Shown piece after piece: positions 13,846-22,890 of a DNA stretch of 64,000 nt; positions within the stretch are counted from its first letter, which is position 1, and each line of letters opens with the position of its first letter. The position numbers and the translations under genes are program-made. Under the pieces are notes generated by a model. That model did no database searches and had not been told where the DNA came from. It worked only from the letters and a program-made list of their open reading frames with translations. The DNA is from Flaccisagitta enflata (lineage: Eukaryota): the NCBI GenBank assembly GCA_965153355.1, contig OZ231126.1, positions 41,416,001 to 41,480,000 on the forward strand, given 5' to 3'.

Positions 13846-15144
13846 TAGACAGAAGAACAGACCAACAGACGGACTGACAGACATATAGAGAAACCAAGTG
13901 ACAGACAGAGAAAAAATGAAAAGAAGGATAAGGGTAAAGGGAATTTGATGAGGGGAATTAAATAGACAGACAAATGAACGAAAAGGGGGGTAAAAATAAC
14001 GCAGGCTACGAATACAAGGAGTGTAAGGAGTACAAGGACACGTTACAGTTAGGCAGGCCGACAGACAGACAGTCAAACAAAGAAACAATAGCAGACAGGA
14101 AGACAGACATACAGATGGACGAAAACCAACAGACAAACAGGAAGATGGAGTAATCAAAAGAATAAAAGGAATCTGATTATTATGAGACATAGCGGTCAGA
14201 CAGACAGAGAGGCAAACCGACAGAGGGCCATGACGACAGAGAGAAGGACACTCAGACAGACAGACAGACTCACAGACAGACAGGGAGTCAAAACAGACAG
14301 AGGGACAGACAGACAGAGGAATGAAAAGAGTAAAAGGAATTTGATTAAGAGACGTCGCAGGTGAAAATGTTTCGGAAAGTGGGACAAGACAATGAGGCGG
14401 AAATGGCGCAGAATGATGGCGGAGGAAGAGGAGGAAGAGGAAGAGGAGGAGGAAGAGGAGGAAGAGGAGGAAGAAGAGAAGGAGGATACGTAAATGGCAA
14501 AGAATGATGGCGGAATCACTTCGTCTTGATGGTTTGTCGTCGATTCTGCCGACTATCTTCGCCGCCACCCCACTGGGGACTGGGGAGGGTGAGCATGAAG
14601 AAGAAGAAGAAGAAAAACAAGAAGAAGAAGAAGAAGAAGAAGAAGAAGAAGCAGAAGAAGAAGAAGAAGAAGAAGAAGAAGAAGAAGAAGAAGAAGAAGA
14701 AGAAGAAGGAGAAGACGAAGACGAGGAAAAACAAAAACAAAAGCAAAAACAAAAGCAAAAACTAAAACTAAAAGTAAACCCAATGTTAAAACTAAAACTG
14801 AAACTGAAACTAAAGCTAAAACTAAAACTAAAACTAAAACTGAAACAAATTGAAGTAAGAAGAGAGAAAAAAAGGAAAAAGAAAAGAAAAAAAAAAGAAA
14901 AGAGATGAAGAGGGATAAATAAAAAAAAGAGGGAGATGGGTTTAAGGTATAAGGTAAAAAAGTGGAAAGAATATGGATGTGTGCAAAAAATCCTCGATGA
15001 AATTTGGACATTTCAGCAACTTCCCCCCCCCCCCCCTTTAAAAGGCCTTTTACTCCAGGATTCGAACAAAAATTTAACGCTCAATCTGTAAGCCCCGGTT
15101 TACCCGCGCAAACTATGCCCAAATCATAATTCGTGTACTATCTA

Positions 15145-16107
15145 CAGGGTGTTTCACGCGTTTTGAGGTTTAAAGAATCGACATAATTTTTCTCCTAGAA
15201 AAGCTATTCCAATTCTGAAAAAGGGTCTGAGTAGATCTTGAAGTGCAGTTTTTCTATGTCACCAATTTTTTATACCTGCGCTTTTAAATATACCCACTAT
15301 GTAATTTGAAAAAACCCAACCCTATCCAGCCTGCATCTTTAATCTGGATAGCTATGGCAAAAAAAAAAGCAAACTACTTAGTGTTTCACATCCAAGCAAT
15401 AAAAAAAGCATAGCAAAATCCATGACCATTTTGAAGCTCTGCGAAAGATCTTTCTAATGAGGCCTTGCTGGTTGTCATATCTCTATCCGTTTAGAAATGG
15501 CAGAAGAATGAAGACAGGTGGTCAAGAATTTGGAATGTCAGTACCACCTGATTTTCATGAGCTATCTTTATTGTAACATAGAAATTAAACGAATTGAGTT
15601 AGAAATTGGTTCTTGGCTCCATTTTATAGAAAATTCATAGCTCTTTAATTTGCTCATGGATATCGAGTAGCTAAGACAATCCTGAGTTACGGAATTGACA
15701 AAAACGGAATGAGCAAAATTTCTCGATGGAAAAAAAATGAAATTAGCATTTTTTCAATCTGTGATTTTTTTCCTTAATCTTTTGCCATTTCTAAATGAAT
15801 GAAGCTACAATGTCCAGCAACGTCGCATTTTGAAAATTTTTTGCAGAGCTTTTAAACAGTCAATAGTTGACCAGAAACTAGTAAAAGAAGTTGTCCATTT
15901 TTTTCTTTACCATGTTTAGTTAACTGGATAATATTGTTTACTTTAAACTCCCGTAGCTCCCAAGGTAAAAAGCGCATATGCAAAAAACTAATGACATAAA
16001 AAACTGCACTTCAAGATCTATTCAAACCTTTTTTCAGAATTTGAATTGCTTATCTAGGAGAAAAATTATGTCGTTTCTTTAAACCTCAAAACGCGTGAAA
16101 CACCCTG
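15145..16107. mobile_element. Tc1/mariner-type MITE with long TIRs (TA TSD)
   Basis: TA|CAGGGTGTTTCACGCGTTTTGAGGTTTAAAGAA ... TTCTTTAAACCTCAAAACGCGTGAAACACCCTG|TA; inverted similarity extends >130 bp. Confidence 0.9.
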
Positions 16108-16627
16108 TAACGCTTCTGTTGTGCCTTGGATTCATATCTAGGTCATTATCATTAAGGTTTATCAGCGATTCTTTTTCTCCAAAACTAAAAGCAACATCAA
16201 AATTGATTTGCAAAGCCACCTTCCCCCTCCATTTGACCCCTTCATTTGAAGCTCTCAACCTCCTCAAAGATAAATCCCTTGATTTGACACTTAATCATTA
16301 AGCCTCCCACGACATTTCCTGATTGGCCCACCACATCCTCTCCAGACTTTAACCACGTTTATGACCCCCCCCCCCCAGCTCCATGCTCCCCTTATCCCCC
16401 ACCACAGTCGAATAATACCCAGCAACGACGGTGTTTTTGTTGTTACCGCTGCCGCCGCTGGTTATGCTGCTGGTGCAGCTGCCGCCGTCTTGTCACCGGT
16501 ACGTAGGTGGCGGCTTTCGCACTTTTCTATATTTTGCGAGTTGCCAATTCTTGCGCTGAGGAAATAATGTTTTGTTTTATCACATTTGATGCAACAAACT
16601 GCGACACAACACGCAGGATCGTTGAGA

Positions 16628-16977
<350 letters not shown>

Positions 16978-17645
16978 GACATTTGATAGTAAACATGACT
17001 TTTACACCGTCTCTGGATCGGAGTTTACAATGCAAAATTCTCTAACTACTGGACAAAAAGTCTTTATATTTTCAGTTGATGTTAGTGAGATTTGTTTTTT
17101 TAAAGCCAACTCTCAGATAAGAGTACTGAACAGGTGGGGGAAAACAAAAAATTGAAAGAACACCCATTTTTAAAGCCAAATCAATTTTTTTCCACGGTGA
17201 TTCTTGAAACGACAGTTCGATAGTTTTGTTTTTTGTTTGTTTTTTTGTTTTTTTGTTTTTGTTTTTTTTACTCCCCGCCAGAACGTAGCTTCGATTCGCA
17301 ACCCAACGCTTGCCCTTTCCCTTACCTTAACCCTAAAAACAACTCCACCCCTAACCTTAACCCTACCCTTAATCCTAATAAATAACCCGCTTATAAAGAC
17401 TTAAAAATAAAGACTTCATCGATTTAAACATGTACCACTTGGATCAAAAAAAAAAAAAAAAAAAAGACGGACTTACTGATTACATCATACAACAGTTACA
17501 AAAAAACAATCTTAACTATTTTTAAATAAGACATTTTTTAAAGATTTGCAAAAAATCTTACAATCTAGACCAATCCCTGGTCTGTATCTGAAATGGTTTA
17601 GAAGCTAGAGCCCTGCAAAAAGAAGCACTAATTTGTTAAAATGCA

Positions 17646-17804
17646 TTTTTTAGTTGCGGACAAGCAACTCTATAAGAGGCTTTGTCCGTCCGTCGGTCCG
17701 TTGGTCCGTCCGTTGGTCCGTAATGATCGAGTCGAAAAGTGGGAAAACACGCATTTCCGCCCCTGCCCACCCGTCCGCAACTGGTGGCCGTGTATCCGGC
17801 CTTG
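17646..17804 (+). mobile_element. HINE-like short element (AGTTGCGGAC subfamily)
   Basis: AGTTGCGGAC-AA-GCAACT head, (GTCC)n tract, GTCCGCAACT subTIR, GGCCG-TGTATC-CGGCC hairpin. Confidence 0.85.
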
Positions 17805-19045
17805 CTATATAAGGATTGCGAAACTGAAATGAGCAATGTTTTTATTCAAACTAATGCCATTTCTAAACGAAAAAAGATAGCAATACCAGATTAGTGCCAA
17901 ATCAAAGAACTTTTTATGGGCTTTCAAATGATCCAGGATTTTACTTAGTTTCCTTGAAAATTATAAGCAAAATTAGCCATTCAAAAGTGCGTCTTTTTTT
18001 TATCCACTGAAAAGGAAATATTCTGGTGGAAGGATGGAAATGACTCGATCATCACGGACGGACGGACGAACGTAAATGGACGGAAAAAGCCTTTTTTAGA
18101 GTTGTACGTATCTCTGCTGCTTTGCTCTTTTGTCTATTTCTGGGTTGACACGATTCATGCTTAGTTGACAATTTTGGCTTCTGAATAAGATTCTAATTCC
18201 GGCAAAGAGACTGAGGAACAGAAGGGAAATACCAAATTTCTTGCAAGTAAGCATGCAAGTAAGCCTGTCTCGGCTTTGAATGAGAGAAAAGGGAGTCACA
18301 TTTTTTTCTCTTCGTACTTAACAGTCACATTGAAAAAAATGATTTTTTAACAAATGGAGATATTTGAAAGGCACAGAACTGAAGAGAAAAAAAAAACATA
18401 AAAAAGCCCTACCTCGGATATAGTAAGACAAACTACTGAAAAAAGCTGACTGCCTACATTTTGGATGAACACAAGAATGTAATTTCATAGAAACGTACAA
18501 TCCCTATCTAAGAAAAAGACAATGAAAAGGAATAAAAAGGAAATTAGCGGTCACGACGCAACTACATTATGTTACCATCTCGACTGATAAACTTCTTTTT
18601 GAATGCATGTTTAATGAATTTTAACAAAACCAGCTAAGGTACCTTCAAGGAATATTTACCGAAATCTTTAGAATGATATTCTGCAAATATCTTCTTTTTA
18701 GATATCCTTAAGAAAACTGTCTGGTTTGATTGGCATGGGCAGACAAAAATCTATCAGCCATCGACTCAGAGTTTATGGATTATTCCAAAACCAAAAATCG
18801 AAAAAACAATGTTTAACAATGGCACTTAAATGTTTACATACCCTTGACTTTAGCGAAAAAGTATAGTAGCAATATATATGCATTTTAAGAGATTAACAGG
18901 CAACAGCATGTTGGAAAAATTACATTTCTGACCGTTAATATACACAGACTAGGCTCTCAATTATGTAAATATTCCTTTCAAGTTACAAACAATGATAACA
19001 TGATTAGCAACTTTTTCTGCGCGGCACAGTCACGACAGCGACAAA

Positions 19046-22000
19046 ATGGCAACCGACTTAATTTGCGTGAATTTAACTCTGATGATCTCCTTCGTACTTA
19101 TCCTATACGCAAAACTCGGCGCTTCGTCGGACAAGTTGGACGCGCCGCCGATACCTTTACTCTCGGCGTCTACTGATAGCTTTCCACCAGCACCATTGAT
19201 TCATCGTAACTCTTTCATCCGTCATCATCCGGCCTGCGCCGTCGTCGAAACTCCACTCGTTTGTGCGTTACAGGAAAATCATGACAACATCCAAACGGCC
19301 GATTCGGTCAAATGGTTCGTCAATGGACGGCAGATTCCCATTTTTGGTGACCCAAACTATGGCATCACCACCGAGGGGAAGTTGCTCATTTGGCGCCTCA
19401 TCGACAACAATCGTAAGTCATCCTCCTCACCAACTCCGTCGGAGAATTCCTCCTCTTCATCGCGAGGTGATCCCTCCCTTCTGGCGCCGGACGATTCGGC
19501 CCCACCAAAACCAGATGATCTTTCCCCGCCTTTGCCATATCCTCCGTTACCGCGTCCAAATGGCACTTGCAAAGGCAACTCGCAGCACATTTCCTTCAAA
19601 TGTCACGCATACAAACAAACCAATGGAAAACCATTTAAGAGGTGGTGGGACTTTTGCGCGGAGCAAAATTCTTGTATGAAAGATGGAAAATGTTTCCACG
19701 AGTTGGCTCCTATTGTCTCCATGGTTCATTCCAACGCCCACAGTAAGAAAGGCAAAGGAGAGGTAAATGATGTCACTGACGAATATCTTAATGCGAAGTT
19801 CCTCTGTCCACCATCTTTTTCTTGCAACATAAGTCTCGTTTCGGCATTGCCTGATAAACCATTTACCGTTCATAGTCGAGTTTACAATTGTGAGAAGTCT
19901 TGTCATGGGTGTAACTTGACATGGAAGCCCGATTTGAAAGCGCTGGATAGGTTGAAATCATTTGTTAATGTCGGATTTGAGCATCCATTCTTCTTCCTAC
20001 TCAACATCGCGGGTCACGAAACACCATCAAGGCTTTTCAACCTCTCAGTGTGGGATGAAGACACACACATTCTAGTCAACCACGTCCTCCTAGGGGAGCC
20101 TACCGATGACCCGTCGCCATCATTAACAAACAAAAACGGGTTGATTATTATTTTTTCAACCTTGGTCGGCATTATCATCATTGTAGCTTTCATCGCGCTA
20201 GCTATCAGAAGAGCTCTTTCTAATCCCGACTCCAACCGACCCAAGCATGAGAAGAAAAGGACTCACTTTTCAGAGTCAGATGCGGAAGTGGCTTTTTTAG
20301 GTCAGAGAGGAGGTGCACCGCTGTTCAAGCCAGATGATCTGGAGCTTACACCACAGTTTGTTGGTGCAGATACAAGTAATCAGGCATCTACGGGTCTATC
20401 AAGAACCCCGGAAGCGAAAGCCGACAGAAGGCGCATTCTGTCCATCCTTATGGCTCCCAATTCCTTTGCATCAGGCGAGTCAAAGCTTGATCCTAATCTA
20501 TGCTTACGTGACGAGGCTTTATCAAAAATAAACCACGAAGGGTTTTATTGCGGGGAGAAGGGAAAAGAAGTGGAAAAGAAGTGGCTCGAAAAGGGTGAAA
20601 TCATCCAGTTTCAAAGTCAAGATAAGTCTTTGTATTTTCTGACATCCAAAATGGCAGAAATTTTTGATGATTTATGGAGCCTCAATTCTGAACAAGTCAC
20701 CCTCAAATCACTGGTTTGCTGTGAGTATGGGGCAGATGCTTCACAGGTTTTGGAAGAGATTTCAAAAGGAATCTTGCCTGAAAAGTTGTTTGTGAAGTAT
20801 CTATGCAAAGAGTATAATTTACCTGAGACTGGAGAAGAAGATTTCATCGCACACTGTGCATTGGACCATTTCAAATGGATGGGGCTTTTAGAGTCGGTAC
20901 CAAATTCTCTCATAAACTTGGATGTGAGAGACCGATGGCTTCAGTTGCCCCACAACTCCAAATCCGACTTCCAAGAGGAATTCTGGTCGACGCAAAATGA
21001 TGTAAATCTGCACCAGGAAGGATACATTTATACAACAGAACATGAATTACCCGAATTTATGTTGCCTTTGATTAAAATGGCGATAAATCCACTTTGCCAG
21101 TATTCTCGCACAAGGGTCTGGAAGGACGGGCTGGTTGCCTCTAATGGTCTGTCCCATTTGTACGTTCAAAGGCAAGGGTCGCCAGGAGCATACAACATGA
21201 ATCAAATCAAAACAGAAAGCGCGCTGACAAGCAGTTGTCTTATGATAGTGTGTAGAGGTCCCGATCAGCAGAAAACCCGTTCACTGCTGCAGGCGATTCA
21301 CAAAGCTTTGATGGGGTATATCACTTTCTGGCCCACAATTCGTCTCGTCCCTTTCTCTGCGTGTTTACCTGATGACGGAAGGATATCAGCACACAAGGAG
21401 TGGGACATGGAGTCTCAGTCAAACACTTGCAACACTTGCAATAAGGATGAAAAAACCCTCTCTGGTGCCACACAGCAAACCAAACCGCATCAAATTGATA
21501 ACCACAACAAACTTAGTGAAAGCATCAATGCCCAAAGACAGGATGGTGGAAAATTCCCAGGGCTTTTTGCCAAAGCAGAGGCAATAGAGTCTATGTCACA
21601 ATCGCTATCATCAAGTGGATATTTCACACTTGATGGTGATCATCAACCATCTGGTCGTTTTGCCAGGTCGTTTCAGTATGTAAATCAGGCTGAATCTGCA
21701 TTGACAGCTGCCAGTGATAATCACATTTGCAAGGAGAGCCTGAAGCAGTATGCAGTTAGCATAGGAATTTGCAAAAATAATACCTATGAGAGTATCGGTT
21801 CAGGAACCTACATGGATATCTCTCGCTCGGATAACAGAATGTATGTTCTGACCAACTTGCATGTCATACAACGCATTATGCAACACCTTCAACAAGAATT
21901 GCCAGAAATCTTTAATAACATTGGGGCCTACAACACTTTTTTAGGACAGCATCAGGTTTACGTTGTCCCAGACAATCACCTTCCATACTTCGCACCAACC

Positions 22001-22084
22001 TGCGACATCGCGTTGTCCAAATTGCATCATCAGAGAGTCAAATTGGGTCAGTCAACACCACAGATCACGTCTTACTGGAAGTAA
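19046..22084 (+). CDS. Type-I membrane protein (1012 aa): signal peptide, Ig-like + Cys-rich ectodomain, TM helix, COR-like region, N-terminal part of a trypsin-like protease
   Basis: Only long complex ORF in the window; start context acaaaATGg. Hydrophobic N-terminus (aa ~5-26). Ig-like C73...VKW90...GKLLI...FKC186. TM LIIIFSTLVGIIIIVAFIALAI (aa 366-387) followed by RR. COR-like motifs WLEKGEIIQF, WLQLP, ELPEFML, VWKDG. Protease motif GSGT...YVLTNLHV (H939). Confidence 0.85.
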   Translation: MATDLICVNLTLMISFVLILYAKLGASSDKLDAPPIPLLSASTDSFPPAPLIHRNSFIRHHPACAVVETPLVCALQENHDNIQTADSVKWFVNGRQIPIFGDPNYGITTEGKLLIWRLIDNNRKSSSSPTPSENSSSSSRGDPSLLAPDDSAPPKPDDLSPPLPYPPLPRPNGTCKGNSQHISFKCHAYKQTNGKPFKRWWDFCAEQNSCMKDGKCFHELAPIVSMVHSNAHSKKGKGEVNDVTDEYLNAKFLCPPSFSCNISLVSALPDKPFTVHSRVYNCEKSCHGCNLTWKPDLKALDRLKSFVNVGFEHPFFFLLNIAGHETPSRLFNLSVWDEDTHILVNHVLLGEPTDDPSPSLTNKNGLIIIFSTLVGIIIIVAFIALAIRRALSNPDSNRPKHEKKRTHFSESDAEVAFLGQRGGAPLFKPDDLELTPQFVGADTSNQASTGLSRTPEAKADRRRILSILMAPNSFASGESKLDPNLCLRDEALSKINHEGFYCGEKGKEVEKKWLEKGEIIQFQSQDKSLYFLTSKMAEIFDDLWSLNSEQVTLKSLVCCEYGADASQVLEEISKGILPEKLFVKYLCKEYNLPETGEEDFIAHCALDHFKWMGLLESVPNSLINLDVRDRWLQLPHNSKSDFQEEFWSTQNDVNLHQEGYIYTTEHELPEFMLPLIKMAINPLCQYSRTRVWKDGLVASNGLSHLYVQRQGSPGAYNMNQIKTESALTSSCLMIVCRGPDQQKTRSLLQAIHKALMGYITFWPTIRLVPFSACLPDDGRISAHKEWDMESQSNTCNTCNKDEKTLSGATQQTKPHQIDNHNKLSESINAQRQDGGKFPGLFAKAEAIESMSQSLSSSGYFTLDGDHQPSGRFARSFQYVNQAESALTAASDNHICKESLKQYAVSIGICKNNTYESIGSGTYMDISRSDNRMYVLTNLHVIQRIMQHLQQELPEIFNNIGAYNTFLGQHQVYVVPDNHLPYFAPTCDIALSKLHHQRVKLGQSTPQITSYWK

Positions 22085-22890
22085 TTGGTGGTGAGATCAA
22101 CAATGAAGGAGCAGCACATTTCGTAGATTTGTCACTCAAAGATAACATTGAGTCATCCATGGCTAATCTCTTAGTCCTTGGTTACCCAACAGTACACCAA
22201 TGCGCCAGTATTATGGTTGATGATGCCAGCTACAAGAGGTCCTTCACTGGGAAATGCGTCGTCAATATCAAGCGAGCACTGAATGAACTGCAGATAAGCG
22301 AAGAGAAGAAAGTTATCATTGCGCAACACTTAAGTGCTCTTGAGACAGATCACAGAATTCAGTGCGTCGTGCGTCATGAGCATGATTTGGAAGATTGTCC
22401 AGTGGCTGACCCGCAAGATGACGCCTTGTACGAGAATCTTATGCGGAGGATTGATCCCAATGATGAGTTAGAGATGCTAACACACCCCGATGCTATGCTC
22501 ATCGATTGTAACTTACGAAATGGTGTCTCCGGGGGCCCCGTATTTGCAGCATATGCCCCAGAGAATTGCTTCCTCCATTATCCAGCAGTTTCTCACAGAA
22601 GGAAACCTTATCTTTTGGGGATATATTGCCGAGGTTTTCCAAAGATCGCCGAGACTCAGCCACCTGGCTTCGATATCACTCAGGCCATAAAAATTTGGAA
22701 CATTTACAATTACACAATCCCACCAGCAAATGAGCGACCGCAGGAAGAAAACCCATATTTCCCGAGGCATTTGCAGCGAGATCAACACGAAAATCGTGAT
22801 TCCGAATTCCCACTTTTGCCGCAATCGTCTCATTCCATTTCGCAGTTTTGCCCATCTTCCCCCGACTCAGTCTTTTTGAGTCATCCGTAA
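21919..22890 (+). CDS. C-terminal part of the trypsin-like serine protease, in the -1 frame relative to 19046-22084
   Basis: Frame is open from 21919 (after TAA TAA) to TAA at 22888-22890, overlapping ORF1 by ~165 nt. Contains TDHVLLEV (candidate catalytic Asp, 22063), LLVLGYP, IDCNLRNGVSGGPVF (catalytic Ser, 22528) and YLLGIY. Confidence 0.8.
   Translation, partial: HWGLQHFFRTASGLRCPRQSPSILRTNLRHRVVQIASSESQIGSVNTTDHVLLEVIGGEINNEGAAHFVDLSLKDNIESSMANLLVLGYPTVHQCASIMVDDASYKRSFTGKCVVNIKRALNELQISEEKKVIIAQHLSALETDHRIQCVVRHEHDLEDCPVADPQDDALYENLMRRIDPNDELEMLTHPDAMLIDCNLRNGVSGGPVFAAYAPENCFLHYPAVSHRRKPYLLGIYCRGFPKIAETQPPGFDITQAIKIWNIYNYTIPPANERPQEENPYFPRHLQRDQHENRDSEFPLLPQSSHSISQFCPSSPDSVFLSHP

Noticed and set aside
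14495-14600. GC-rich pockets as possible exons (also ~16420-16510 and ~44790-45100)
   Set aside because: No recognisable protein similarity or consistent splice-site pairs.
17320-17380. Telomere-like TAACCC repeats
   Set aside because: Few and degenerate; not a telomeric array.
20293-20299. Second in-frame U_UUU_UUA heptamer
   Set aside because: The -1 frame closes after ~12 codons; most likely chance, and recorded as a caveat on the 21937 site.
21956-22035. Small intron to repair the frame break
   Set aside because: The donor CAG|gtttac is weak. The nearby CAG acceptor (22033) keeps frame 0, and the frame-correcting one is an unusual GAG with no pyrimidine tract. Not excluded without RNA data.
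22129-22890. Independent 253-aa gene starting at TTG 22129
   Set aside because: Non-ATG start in a eukaryote; the frame is open from 21919 and encodes only the second part of a protease whose His motif is in the upstream ORF.
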